Positions 26,148 through 40,183 of a stretch of DNA of 64,000 nt are shown one piece after another. The number at the start of each line of letters is the position of its first letter. The stretch's first letter is position 1. The position numbers were made by a program, and so were the translations under genes. Source of the DNA: Chrysomallon squamiferum (taxonomy: Eukaryota > Animalia > Mollusca); assembly GCA_012295275.1 (NCBI GenBank), contig CM022673.1, forward strand, positions 23,498,001 through 23,562,000. The letters are read 5' to 3'. Under the pieces are notes generated by a model. That model was not told the DNA's origin, did not search any database, and saw only the letters and a list, made by a program, of their open reading frames with translations.

Positions 26148-29100
26148 AATCACACAACAGAGTAACACACTGTACACAGATTTATACATAGATTGTACAC
26201 ATATTTATAATACAACAAATAGAGAAACACATTGTACATGTATGTAACACATTATAAACTGTATATGATAAACAACTAGTAAAGTAATGGACATTTTATG
26301 AAATATAATCATGTACTATAAGACAGATTTGTAAAACACTGCATACCAGTGATATATCTTGTCCATCTACTTTAATCGCACCAGATGTGATGTCATAAAA
26401 CCGAAAAAGAAGTCGAACAATCGTGCTTTTCCCACTTCCAGTATGTCCAACCTGAAAGCAAACAAATTACAAGACATTTTCTTCAACTATACATCAAAGC
26501 AAAAGGAATATTTTAATTTAAAACAAGTTGAAAAAGAACAAACAATTGTTAACATTAATATGGCACAGGCTACAAAATATTGTTTTAAGATAATACAGCT
26601 AATAAGCAAATGATTAACTTTAATAATTGTGACAAAATTCCAGGGATACATTTAACTCACCAATGCATATGTCTGGCCTGGAGGAACAACAAAACTTATA
26701 TCTTTTAGGATGGGACGACTGAAAGGAAAATATATCTTTACAAATAATAACATAAAACAACACTGTACAATGAATGTGTATGTGTCTGTGTGTTTTATTG
26801 TGTGAAACACAACAACAACAACACAAGAACAAACACTCACACATGCTATCCTTCATGGAAATATTCATTTATGTACATACAGTAATATTTTTTTTCAAAA
26901 AGTCCACATCTCTCTTATGTTTTAAATTTATCCATACAGACTTATGAATATGTTGATTTGTTTGTTGTATTTAAAATATAACATGGAACAGCTTCATAAG
27001 TGTAATTAATTTTCATTATAAAGTGATAGATTTTTACTTTTATATGTATGTGATTAATTACTTGAAATGAATAGAAATACCTTGGTTCATAGTGAAAACA
27101 TACATTCCTGAATTCTATTTCACCTCGTTTCAGTACTATGTCATTGGCATCTGGAATGTCTTTGATCTTCAATACAAAAATGTTAAAAAGAATAAAAAAA
27201 AGCTTATTTGTAATGACATCAAAAATGTATACATGTTTACCATATACATATTATTATAATATATATTGACATGACTGTAACATATACTGCACATCTCATT
27301 GCAAATAATGTATAGTCATGGCTCACTGTGGTTAATGTATATATTACATGACTCACTATGTTTAATGTTTACTGATATAACTCACGGTGTGTAATGTATA
27401 CTGACATGACTCACTGTGTGTAATGCATACTGACATGATTGTGAAACATGTACTGATTTAACTGGCTCTCAGTATAATTACTAGATTTCATATCATGTTT
27501 CTTTACACTATTAATATCACATTTCCTGAATGTTTGCAGTGCTAATTAACTGGCTAGAAATATATTTCAGAAAATGAATTAGCAAAGTATCTGTTTAGGT
27601 ATTTTCATAAATATAAATGAATAAGAAAATTGTACTTTTAAAGAAATACATTACCTCCTGATCTTCCTGCAGCAAGTCAAACATATTTTCCATGTCAATG
27701 AAAGCCTGCTGAATCATCCTAAAATAAAATAAAATATAGCAGTTGTGTTTACATTACAGCATGTTAATTGGCTAATACCATTATGTTTTTGATACTGATT
27801 ATTAAATGTACAGTAGTACTAAGTTACTACTATGGGGTGATTATTAAATGTAAAGTAGGAAGTTATTAATAATATTAAGGGGTGCCTTTTAAATATAAAG
27901 TAGTAGGTTACAACTAACTTGAGTTGATTACTAAATAATAAGTAGTCAGTTACTCTATTATGAAGTGATTACTTAATGTATAATAGTAAATTACAAATAA
28001 GTTGAGGTCATTACCAAATTTAAAATAGCACGTTACTAATACATTGAAATCATTACTAAATGTGTAAAAAATATTACTACTTTAATAAATTACTAGCATG
28101 TTGAGTAATTTTAGGATGTAAGTACTGTTGCTAGTATTTTGAGGGATTTTAGCATGTAACAGTGTAAATACCTATAATAGGTTCCAAGCCAGTTGAGAGG
28201 AGCATACAGCTGTGCAATATATGTTCCAAAGAGGACGTAATCACCGACTGTGAGGTGCAAGTTGTTTATCCCATAGACAACAGCGTATGCACAAAGTAGA
28301 GATCCAGACATATAACCAATGGTAACAACTACATTCTGAGCAGTGTTCAAAAGATTCAGGCTTGCTGTCGACTTCCATTCCATTTGCTAATAACAAACAA
28401 TTATATTAATTACACTAACTAACTAGTTTCTTTTAATAACAGTTGCCTAGTCTATCAGTCGGTTTTAGTAACAGTTGTCTAGTTTATCACAGTCTGTTTT
28501 AATAATTGTTGTGTAGTCTATCACTTTGTGTTTTAATAAGAGTGTGTAATTTGTCATAGTCTGTTTTAATAAATCTTGTCCAGTCCACTTCATTCTAGTT
28601 TGTGGTTTGTCTGAAGTGTGCCGTCTAGGTTTTTTCTAGACTGTGGTTTGTTTAAAGGATGTGGTCTACTTTATTCTCATCTGTAGTTTGTTTAAAGGGT
28701 GTAATCTTCTTTATTTAGTCTGTAGTTTGTTTAAAGGATGTGGTCTACTTTATTCTAATCTGTAGTTTGTTTAAAGGATGTGGTCTACTTTATTCTCATC
28801 TGTAGTTTGTTTAAAGGGTGTAATCTTCTTTATTTAGTCTGTAGTTTGTTTAAAGGATGTGGTCTACTTTATTCTAATCTGTAGTTTGTTTAAAGGATAT
28901 GGTCTACTTTATTCTAGTCTGTAGTTTGTTTAAAGGATGTGATCTACTTTATTCTAATCTGTAGTTTGTTTAAAGGATGTGGTCTACTTTATTCTAATAT
29001 GTAGTTTGTTTACAGGATGTGGTCTACTTTATTCTAATATATAGTTTGTTTAAAGGATGTAATCTACTTTATTCTAATATGTAGTTTGTTTAAAGGATGT

Positions 29101-32100
29101 GGTCTACTTTATTCTAATATGTAGTTTGTTTAAAGGATGTAATCTACTTTATTCTAATCTGTAGTTTGTTTAAAATAGTCTACTTTATTCTAGACACATT
29201 AAACAGTCAGGAATTGCTAAAATGCTGCAAACACAATTAGGTTAATAAAGTAGAAAATTACTGAAAAGTTAATTCAGTTATATAAATAATGAATTACAAG
29301 AAATAAATATTGTTCAAACAGTGTGCTAACATTTTGGTGCTTGCACTGATGTATTTTTGTCAAAATGCTGCAGGAAGTATTAGTAAAAAGGATTATATTT
29401 TTAGTATTAAATATATACCAGTGTACTTGTTTATAATTTATAATATTTTATACTGCTGAATAGGCAGGTGTTTTACTGGATATTCCATTCGTAATGGTGT
29501 TACACATACTAACCTGAAATTTCCTGATAGCTTCATCGTACCTTTTTGTTTCAAATTCAGAAGCTCCATAATACTTGACCTAAAAATAATTGAAAAGAGA
29601 AAACAGACTGTTTATAAAGTATAACATCAAATATCAAACCAAATCAAATTTTATAGACAATACACAAAAAAAAAAAAAATTACTCATCAGTTAACAAGGT
29701 GTGGACTAAAACAGATTAATTTACTATTCTGCTGAAGTGGGATAGATAAAGATAATTTCTTTATAAATAAAAAAATAACTTTCTCCAACATTAACAAAGT
29801 TTACAAATGTAAAAAAAAATTTAAAAATGGATTATCAAAGGTAAGAATGAAATAAGATACTGAAGTAAGTTAATTTACAGATCTACTAACAGGTTTGCCA
29901 AAAAACTGAATTTCTAACAAACATTATAGAAAAACAAACCGTTTCAAAATTGAGAAGTGAATCCACTGCTTTGCCATTAGCTTCATTATCTAGTCTGTTA
30001 GTCTCTCTCCGAAACTTTGTTCGCCATTCTGTTACAACTATTGTTACAGCTGCAATATTTAAATTTATAACGTTGTTGAATCATAAATAAAAGATTTTAA
30101 TTTATATCCTAAACTGTTCTAAAATTATTCATTCATGACCTTAACTACTGTGGTCATGTCATGCTTACAAACATACTAGCAAGGGTGTGGACATTCTATT
30201 AAGTTCATAGAGACATACTATCAAGTGTGTGGACATTCTACTAAGTGTATAGTGGCATACTATCAAGTGTGTGGACATTCTACTAAGTATATAAAGACAT
30301 ACTATGAAGTTTGTGGACATTCTACTAAGTATATAGAGACATACCATCAAGTGTGTGGACATTCTACTAAGTATATACAGACATACCATCAAGTGTGTAG
30401 AATTGCCACAGGTTAATAGTAACACATGTTTCTGAAACATTTAAAAGTTTAAATAACTACATCTGAAACATGTCAAGTTTAAATAACTACATCTGGGACA
30501 TGCAAAGTTTAAATAATTACATCTGGGGATAAACAAACCACATGTGAGACATGTAAAGTTTTACTTACTCAAGTAGAGAGCCATGCAGAGGAAGACAACA
30601 ATACCAAATATGTAATTGAATTCTGTGATGAAGTAGATGACAGCAATAAGAATGTCAACAATTGTAGGAACAATCTGAAAGACAACATAGCTGAAAGAGA
30701 AATATAAGATGATTAATAATAGAAAATATCTTTTAATTGGAACAAATAACATATAACTCTCAGGTTAGCATAAATAAACTAAATCCATTGTAAGAACTAT
30801 ATAATCTGGGGGATTTTGTTGCTATTGTTTTTTTGTTTTTTTTGGTTTTTCTGTGGGTGTTTTCTTTTGTTGTTGTTTTGTATTTTTCTGAAGAAAACTT
30901 ATTTTAGTACATTTGAAAAGAAACTTGATCATTTATTAGGATATTAATAAGAAATGACTGTAGAAACTGTTCATGAAAGCCTGATATGCCAGACATGTTT
31001 CTGAGATGTTCTTGTAAGTATTTTTGAACATAGCTTGGAATCAGTATATTTTTTAACAAGCTTTGTGAATAAGAATCCACATTAATAAAAGTTGATGTTC
31101 TGTTAACTGAAATGTGTAATATATAAGAAATAAAAATATAGCATATTTACATAAATCTATTAATATAATATTTATGTTAATAAGAGAATTATTACTGATG
31201 TTTCTAACATAAGTAAATTATTATTGATGTTACTAACATAAGTACATAAGTTATTATTGATGTTTCTAATTAATATATATTAGAAACATCAATAATAAAT
31301 TACTTATGTTACTAACATTAGTAGATTATTAATGATGTCACTAACTTGAGTAAATTATTGATGCTATTGGTTCCTCTATCAACCACTCTGAGAACTTCAC
31401 CAGTCTTTCTGGCCAGGTGCCATCGCAAAGACAGCCTGAAAAAATAAAAAATAAAAATATTTTTAAAAAATCATCATGGCTATAGGGGCAAGTGGGAAAT
31501 TTTTTGGCAATAAGAGCCATATTTCTAAACAGTATCTGTTATATCACTTTGTTTTGCATGAGATCCGTATCATTAGTAGCATGAGTTCCTTTTTATACAT
31601 TGTTCCATAGATAGGACATATATATATATATATATACTATGGTCTTTATATATACTGAGATGGAGGAACTGGTTTAACAGCAAACAGCACAACAGATGCA
31701 CTGCTGACTGATCCTACAATATATCAAGTTTTACCTTCAATATACTTATAATGAGATACTCCAAACAATACGTATAAATGTGATTTTTCTTGAATTACAA
31801 ATCTGTACAAGATACACCCTCAAAAATATATTTGAAAATTCACTGGTAAAACATCCAGGTATTACTGATATGTGTGATCTTGACTGTTCTTTAAAATATT
31901 GAGTTACAGCTGATATCATATCATATAGTTCAAATGAAATGCCATTAGCAAATCCAAAGTAAAACAAAAGATTTAAAGGCCTACTGATTACTGCTGCCAT
32001 TAGTTGGATATTTACTGCCATATTTAGGGAAGTAAAATACACTTTGAAGTTATGTAATATTTAGACACACTTTGAAACATTTAATGAAATATACCATTTT

Positions 32101-35100
32101 GATTGTGTTAAATCTGTTATTATGTACAGAGATGTGAAATAATTTATATATAGAACTAAATTAATATTTACAAAAAATAATACATACGAATGTAAATGAC
32201 GCAGAAGTTTAACTTGGATGTGACGAGTAGTGAACTGCTGAACTTTGATCCACATCAAACTGCGAATGTTGTTCAGCAAACCTGTTGTCCCTGAAGAGTA
32301 AAAAATGCAAAAGTGATAACTCTATGAATATCAAATGATACCAACACTGAAATAAAATGTTTAACATATTAAATGTGTTCACGACAAAAATATGAATGAC
32401 AAGATGTAACAACATCAATATAAAATGTGTTAATGATAAACAATGAATAATAAGAAATAACACTGAGTAATATTTATTAATGATAACAACATCAAGTAAA
32501 CAGATAAAATCTGCTAATGATAAATATTATGAAAAACAGGAGGTAACAACAGAAATAAAAGATCCCTTAAATCTAATTACTAAGAGTGATCTGTGGAGCA
32601 GTGGTTTTCTTACTATTATTTCAGTTATGTCAAGTTTTACTGAAGTATGAGAGTAATTGTTTGGGGGGAACAATGTGTCCGTTTTGATAGATTAAGAAGC
32701 ACTATTGTTTGTAATCTTTTGAGTATTTAAATGTTTTGGGCACAGAACTGCATGGTCCAAAATTATGAAATTTTAAAAGAAAACATTACATGAATTTCAC
32801 TATAGCTTATTTTGCTTAAATTAGTCTTTTTCTTTTAAGACTACATCTGCATTTGAAATAATGTCCAAGTAATTTAGACCAAAACTGATCAATATACATA
32901 GTTTACCATTACCACTACTGGCATAACCAAGAGAGTTGTAAGTTGAATTCAACATTTAAATATTTCGTAAAAGACTGATCACACAATTTTTATTCGATTC
33001 ATTTAATAATATTATTTATTTATTTATTTACTTTATAAACAGCATTTTTTTTTTTTATTATTATTATTTTTTATTAATAAGATATTTGTGTTTGCATTTT
33101 ACTTTAATAAATTATGCTGGGAAACAGATTGGAGTAACAATGTATTAATAAATAACTCAGTGTTAAATTTAAACAAAAGAAAACAAAAACAATGAACACT
33201 TATCTATGATATATTATGGTTTATCTGCTTTGCATCTGAGAAAGAATAAAGAAAGGATACTGTAAAGGTCATCAGTATAATATTAATATATATCATTCTT
33301 TGTACTTTATGATTTTTCTTCAGTTTAAATTTAAAAGCTATTTTACACATTATTTTATGAATCATCAATGTGAGTCATGTAAAAGTTTGGAATGATATAG
33401 TTGAAGAAGTATACTGTAGCCTTGGAAACACTGTAAAATGTAAAACCAGAATTTTAATCTAAAGTCACTTCTTAAAATATTGTGTGGAAAGAAATTGGAA
33501 TCTTGCATGTCACTACCTAGAAAAAATACATTTACTTATTTACTTCTTTCTCAAGTTAATAATTAAAGTTTTTAGTAAAATTAACCAAATTGGAATCTTG
33601 CATGTCACTACCTAGAAAAAATACATTTACTTATTTACTTCTTTCTCAAGTTAATAATTAAAGTTTTTAGTAAAATTAACCAAATCTGACTAAAATTAAT
33701 ACATGAAACATTTTTCAAAGCATATCAAAAAAATATTATAGATAAATATATTAGCACAACAATAAAGCAAAAATATGCATATGCATAATATTACTGAGGT
33801 GAGTTATAAAAGCTTATCAAATTGTATTTTATTATTTTTTTTTTTTTAGTTTTATTTGAGTGGAGCCCACTTAATAGGCTCATAAATCAAGACAAAATGT
33901 TACAATTCCAAATCATGCACAAGAATGTTATCTGTTTACTGTCTATGAAAACCAGTCTTGGGTGCAACTGAAACCAAGAAAGTTCACTGAATACCAAAAA
34001 AAAAAAAAAAAATGAAACACTACCTCAGAAACCTGTGGGCAATCTTCATAATGTTGATGTTGCTGGAAACAGAATTCCATAGGGAATCAGAATCTGCAAT
34101 CATTTAACAATGCTTAGTATTGCAAAACATAGATTTTTGCCTGAGGCATCCATACTCTGGTAGCATATTACTGACTTATGTCTCGAAAAGTTTTATGATA
34201 TTACTAATATCTGTGGCTGTAATTTTAACTAAAGGTCATTTCAGAGTCTCATGATCCATTAGGTCAAAAGTTTATGAATTCAATGTGTTTAGTGGCAGAG
34301 ACTTATATTTCAACCAGTCACAATAAAATGTGCATAATCAGTTGTTTTAACATCTTTTAACTCAGCTTACAAGCCACCTATAATATTGTGAATTGCATGG
34401 AAAAGAAAATTTGCTCTTGAACTGTATATTGTTTGTTTGATTATAAGTTATTCAGTGAATTCATACTTGGCATTTGAGAAACACATTTTAAAAGTAACTG
34501 GCAGCACACACATTTTTGAGGTGGACAGCAAAAACAGTACCCCAGATTCCACAGTTTGAAATTGGACGTGCTATATGGTAAGCTAATAAAATGAGTTTTC
34601 TAATGACTTGTGGCAAGATGGGAATAAAAAAATAATAACCATATTTTTCTTGAAAAATTGGTTTCAGACTTAAATTATGTTGCAGTGAATGTACACCCAA
34701 AAATTGTCTTTATTGAGTCAAATTCTGAAGCAAATCCACATGATAGTTTTTAAGTAAATGATATTTATCTGTGTTTTACTCTGTGGTGATTATCTGTTTA
34801 TATCCACACAAATCATTTTGGCCTGTTCCTCATGTGTTTTGGCCTTTTCATCTAGCAGAATACAGTGAGTATTGTCAAAACAATTACAGAGGTGCTTTCT
34901 TGGTGGAGTACCTTCAGGTTCTTAAATCCCATACAACACTGATCATCAGAAATGGAATGGTATTTTTTGCACATTTGTCATTTTAAGAAATTGTTTTTCA
35001 CACTTCCATGAATTGACATTGTTTTAATATTGCATAGGTTGTGAGGTATTTCTTGTGATAGTAGTAAAACAGATCTCAATACAGGGTCACTGTCCTTTGT

Positions 35101-38100
35101 TACTTAATCAAGTTAATGTTCATTATGAGTAGCTGAAAATGGCTCATATCACATTTGCTGAGGCTGTCACATTTTTTACCAGTATTCAAAAAGTCACCTC
35201 TCAAAAAGTAAGCAACATATAAAAAAAAAATATATATATATTTTCCTGTGTTTATATTCAAAAGTTCTACTTAATTAACAAAAAAAATGAAAATGGACAT
35301 AAATTTATAAACTGTGGCTGCCACTACCTACTTAATGCCTATTCCCCAAAAAAGTTTTGCCTGTGATATGCAGTTTTCTTTTTAGCAAATTAAAAATTAT
35401 TAAGACTGGTCCACTGGTTGACAATGCCCATTTTGACAAAAATGTCAAATTTAGAACAATTATATTTGATATTTAGGTAAATTAGGACCAAACCAAAGTT
35501 GTATATTCATTCTTATCACTGAAATAATTGATTACAACTGTTGGGTGAATTGACACTGAATGACCCTGAACAGTGCTAAGATTATTTTACAGCAACTATA
35601 AATACATGGTATCAGTGTCTTCAGTTTTCACCATGAATGGTTTTTTATTGTTATTTCACTAACCTGTTGTTAAATTTTGTAATATATAACTTACAGGCAG
35701 GCAAATTAATTGATTACAAGTGTGTATTAATAAATAAATAAAAACCTGTGGCTCCTCCTCTAAGGAAGATGAGTCCGACATACACCATGATGAGATCCCA
35801 TCTAAACTGTAACTTTCCAGTAGGTGCTGGAGGTTCTGTGACATCAACATCAAGTCTTGGTGCTCTCTCTATTGTCAGACTGTTTACTGCAAACATAATA
35901 ATACACTCTGAAATGTACTCAGAAACATGAACACACACAGGAATCATAACAAAATAAGACACAATAAGGATTAACATTCAGATTGTGCAAATCTGTACTG
36001 TCGTCTCTCTACAGTCAGAAATGTTAAGTGTTTCTAGATAAATACATATAGAAATGATATTTCAGGACTTACTGATATATTTGCTGTAGATAGGCACAAA
36101 TACATTGATGATGCGCCCCCCAACCAGTAACAGAATGCACAAAAAGACTGTGATCTGCAGAAATGGGTTCTGCTTTGGCCATATATATGGCATCATCATC
36201 TTTATTTTCTGTAGAATATTCTTCCACGTTGAAGATGACTGACCATGTTCATCTGATGTCTGAAACAGTTCAATTATTATTTTACTTATTCACAGAATAA
36301 ATGGTAAACAATACCATTACCACTTTACTTATTCAAAAAGTAACTGCTAAACAGTCTTGCATTACTTGGAACCTGCATGTAATGTTATAGACAATTTGAA
36401 TTATCATAGTTAACACTACATTTAGAAATTTTACCAAAAATAAAGAAAACTTTAACTGTTGAAACATATTGCATGCTTATATAATTATTTTGCATATCAA
36501 ATGAACACATTGCATTAAGAAATTGCTGTTAACAATAATGTGAATTTTGCAGCAACAGAAATGGGTTTTATGAATTAAGGGCTAAACTCTGTAGGATGCT
36601 ATAAGTCCTTCCATGAACAAAAAATGTTATTGAGACAAATAACAGAAAGATTACTGAATTATCTATTACCAACCCTAATTCAGGTATATAATTCAATTAT
36701 CACTTTACTTATTCACAGAGTTAGGGTTAAATTTATAGAGCTAATCAAGTTTATAAACATCTCAGTGATGACACATCTACACTAAAATGGCACACAGATA
36801 TTTTCTACATATACATTTTTATCATTATACATACTTTATAGGACTTTTATTTGCTTTTATCATGAAAAAAAAATTCATTTTATTCAGTTCACAACAGAAA
36901 CTATAACCAGATCAGTACTTCATGTTTACCTCACTGTTTAGGCTGGAATAATAAATTGATGACCTCCGACCTGGAGCCCAAAACCCAGATATAAACAGCC
37001 AGAGACTCCCAACATAGCGCACTATCCACATTGCCAATTCAATGCGGTCCCCCATGCTGAAATAAAATGAATTATATAAAACTCACTAACATATAAAATT
37101 CTCAGGATTTTTTTATTTATTATTATTATTTAAATACATCATTAGAACTAATTCTAACCATAACCCAAACTCTCAGATTAACATTATCATTATTCATAAA
37201 ATTTCTTTCAAATTTTTAAATTCATATATTTTGATGAATTTAGTAATAATAATTATTACTATGCTTTAAACAGAGCCTCAAAGAAAAGAAAAAGAAAAAA
37301 ATTTAGAACTGTGCAGTGGAAAGAAGTTATGAAATTTAATCTGGAAGCAGTTAGACAAAGAGATGTAGTTCTAGAATAAGGTATAATTAAAATTAAGTTA
37401 TTAAAAAGTGATAAATAAATAAGTAGATAAATTAAATAAATAATATTTAATTTAATGCTGCATTAAAATATTTCTCTTTCCATCTGTTAAATAATTAAAT
37501 ATATAATTATAAATATTTAGAGGTATAACCCTAATTAGAGAGGAAGAAAAATTCTGAACTGATTTTAGCCTCAGAGCAGATAATGTTTACACACATGCAC
37601 ACATCACACACTCACAAACACACACACAACTGTATTTTCAGCCACTGACTAAACCATTTTTATTTGGATAAATCACTACACAGATCATTCACAATTTATT
37701 CTTAAATTTTTCAGTGTTTGTTTAGATGTTAAAAATAAAATACCATTTTGAAAACATTTAAAAAGTAACAAATAATTGATTTTTTTAAAATTACATTCGC
37801 AAACTGTCTACCTCAGTGACCTATAAACCAGCAGGACCCATAGGAACTGTCACTTTTAGGATTATTTTATCAATATTGACAAAAGGTTAATGTGACATTT
37901 TGTGAAATATATTTGTTTTAATTTTTAACCTATATAATTAAAAAATTGCATCTATGATGGCAAATCTTTGTGAACTTCTAATACCTTTTAGTGCTTTTTT
38001 TGTGCACATATATGATGCAGGTTTTCCCACTGTATTTTAAACAAAAACTGGTGATGAGAAAATGTGTAAGTACCATTATTTGCAGTGTTACTGATAGATG

Positions 38101-39162
38101 TTCACACTTCTTACTGACTATGATTGTGTGCTTCACAATGAACTTTTGTGATGTCTCAAATAATTATGTATTATTGTTTAGCTTCATGATAATTTTTCAA
38201 GGTAGAAAAAAGTATTACTGATTACTGTGAATATAAAAATATTCCTTTGCCTCAAGCTTCATTTACATGATAAATGTGATGCACTGTTAAAACAATAAAT
38301 ATGTTTCTCTTAAGTGTTGCTCTTTAAATACGTAACAACGTAACTCAAAGTAATTTAGTAAATCTAAATTGTGTCAATGCTGATGACCGAATGTTGGAAA
38401 TATATATCTATTTATAAATAATCATACTTAGAGTAAACCTATAGGATATCAAAACTGAATTATGTTAAAATTCATGAAATTTATGAGTTGAAACACTTGA
38501 CATTTAGTGTAATCATTATTTGTATAATTTAACCAAAATACAACATCTTAATTTAACAGGAAAAATATTAACGACAAAATTTATCTGATACGAGAATTTA
38601 GGAGACAAAATATGACCTCATTACTGAACCACTCAATATTTTACTTTATTCACTATGTTACCTACCTGTCGAGATACCACCACCATGCATGGCTACCCCA
38701 TGAGATGAATGCTAGATTCTCCCTGACAAATGCAAGACACCAGAACACCAAGAGAACTAGACCATGGCCTCGTGTAGGAACTGACGGCAAAGCGTGGCTT
38801 CGTTCTAATGCAATCAACTGAATGGAAAACATCCAGGCAATCATAATAGCAACAGCATTAAATATCTGGTAACCATAAAGCTGAGACTGGCCTGAGGAGG
38901 TGTTCTGTAAGATCATGTGTATCAATGCCTCAAAGAAGAGGATCCAACTGACTGCAATCTGAATAACATAGCCACATCTGAGTGGAATGTGCTTCTTCTC
39001 AATGCGACAAGAATAACGTCCAAAAATAATACACTGCAAACTTCCACATATTGTAATGAAAGCCAAAAGGATTGATGGTGCTATTGTGTCCAGAAAACAT
39101 CGGCTAATTCCATCTGCATGCCACAAATGTACCCAATCACTAGCATTATCACAAAACTTCAT
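21885..39162 (-). CDS. ABCB6: ABC transporter B family member 6 (ABCB6/HMT-1 half transporter), ~841 aa
   Basis: 19 coding exons: 39162-38666, 37056-36930, 36259-36073, 35886-35746, 32290-32188, 31435-31346, 30690-30569, 30049-29940, 29579-29514, 28386-28172, 27718-27655, 27166-27081, 26718-26661, 26451-26347, 24976-24903, 24371-24271, 22966-22854, 22488-22325, 21987-21885; phases consistent, total 2526 nt. TMD0 ([27 protein letters not shown]), [28 protein letters not shown], Walker [23 protein letters not shown], Walker B VLLDEATSALD, H-loop AHRLST. Confidence 0.96.
23505..23737. repeat. Near-perfect ~78-bp tandem duplication in ABCB6 intron
   Basis: tgctgtctctgtctgcattcaataggtgtccact...ccaactgggatttgggaaag present three times (first copy with a deletion). 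Confidence 0.9.
24361..24760. repeat. ~33-bp minisatellite starting at the ABCB6 exon-16 acceptor
   Basis: Unit ctgat(g/a)ttgta(c/t)ctgaa.agaaa..taacattat; first copy spans the acceptor at 24371/24372. Confidence 0.85.
24791..24928. repeat. ~28-bp minisatellite copied from the ABCB6 exon-15 3' end and donor
   Basis: Exonic unit acctgatgtcactgttgaaaagaactgt (24901-24928) plus four intronic decayed copies. Confidence 0.85.
24975..26200. repeat. Compound minisatellites filling the ABCB6 intron between exons 14 and 15
   Basis: ~31-bp unit ctgaaagcatatggcacaattaa(a/t)acaaa starting at the exon-15 acceptor, grading into a cacactgtacacagtatatatcacacaactaacatagtaa-type unit. Confidence 0.85.
28640..29195. 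repeat. Homogeneous 40-bp minisatellite (~13 copies)
   Basis: Unit tctactttattctaatctgtagtttgtttaaaggatgtgg. Confidence 0.95.
30170..30400. repeat. 42-bp minisatellite (~5.5 copies)
   Basis: Unit acatactatcaagtgtgtggacattctactaagtatatagag; source of the [14 protein letters not shown] repeat ORF. Confidence 0.93.
33495..33685. repeat. Perfect ~94-bp tandem duplication
   Basis: attggaatcttgcatgtcactacctag...aaaattaaccaa repeated twice back to back. Confidence 0.9.
33950..35200 (-). mobile_element. Highly decayed hAT transposase remnant in the large ABCB6 intron
   Basis: Minus-strand fragments with frameshifts: CGFAS (~34735), VYIHC..HNLSL (CxxH motif, ~34690), [15 protein letters not shown]-like dimerisation motif (~34050); boundaries approximate. 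Confidence 0.45.
36354..36693 (+). repeat. ~330-bp segment duplicated at 40941-41258
   Basis: gtcttgcattacttggaacctgcat...gaaagattactgaattatctattaccaaccctaat..aggta shared at high identity by both loci. Confidence 0.9.
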
Positions 39163-39436
39163 CTTCTTACACTTCTGTATCTGAAATAATAACATAATGG
39201 TCTATTTTTCTGTCCATATAAAACATTAAAAAAAAATGTAAAACAATAAAAATAGAAATACATACATAAATAATCATTTCTTTACCTGTAACCTTTTTTT
39301 GTGACTTTATGTTTCAGTGTGCAAAGTTGTTTAAGCACTATGTTTATGTATACTGCTAAAGAAAGTTAATTTACATATTTACTTTACATATATAATACAT
39401 TCATTTCAGTAATACCTTGCCTTTCCAATAATAATA

Positions 39437-40183
39437 TAATATACCTCAGTTCTCGAACTTAATCCATTCCAGAAAGCTGTTCCAAATCTTGTTTGTTCAA
39501 AAACCAAATCAATTGTTCCAAAAAAGTATAAATTGGATTAATCCATTCCAGACACCCCAAAATTATGAATCATAAAGCGTTTTAAATAAAAATGTTGCTT
39601 ATTCAAACCTGTATAATAACTTACATGAATAAAATCACAAACAAAAACTGTAACACAATAAACAGATGAAACTTGCATTTTACCTGTACTGAAGAAGGTA
39701 TGGAAAAGTGCAAAGGAGGGATATAATTGTTTGGAAGGGGAGTCACCTTGCATAAAAGCATCAGATAACTCTCCTTCAGGGTTTTTTTCTGTGTTCTGTG
39801 CCTTTACACCAATACTATGTGCTTGAGACTCACTGGACTTCATTTTCAGTAAAAACCTGTCAAACAAGATTTGTTTCTGCCTGTGTTTTTAATTTTTTTT
39901 AAATGTTTCTGAAGTAAGACATGGTATTGTCACTGAAAAGGTTTATTCTGTTATATGCTACAGTTTTGTCAGTATGAAAAATTTCAGAAAATTCTGTAAC
40001 CATTTTCCACTTTGATTAGCAAATTATCCTCCCTTCCCTCATCCTCATCTGAAAATATTTCCTCATCTTACTTGAGTTCAAGAACCAAGTTTACATTCTA
40101 CATCCCAATTTTTTTTTTGCAAATAATATGTTCAAGGTCCAAATTTTTGAAAAGGTTGTTGTTTGAGAACTAAGGTATCACTG
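39437..40183 (-). mobile_element. Tigger-derived element carrying the transposase 3' end
   Basis: TIR match atacctcagttctcgaac (39441) vs rev-comp ataccttagttctcaaac (to 40183); ORF 39538-39867 FDRFLLK...PEGELSDAFMQGDSPSKQ resembles the Tigger1-type C-terminus. Confidence 0.75.

Noticed and set aside
28640-30440. CRISPR-like regular repeats and the [17 protein letters not shown]
   Set aside because: Head-to-tail tandem units with no unique spacers, no cas genes, eukaryotic intron context.
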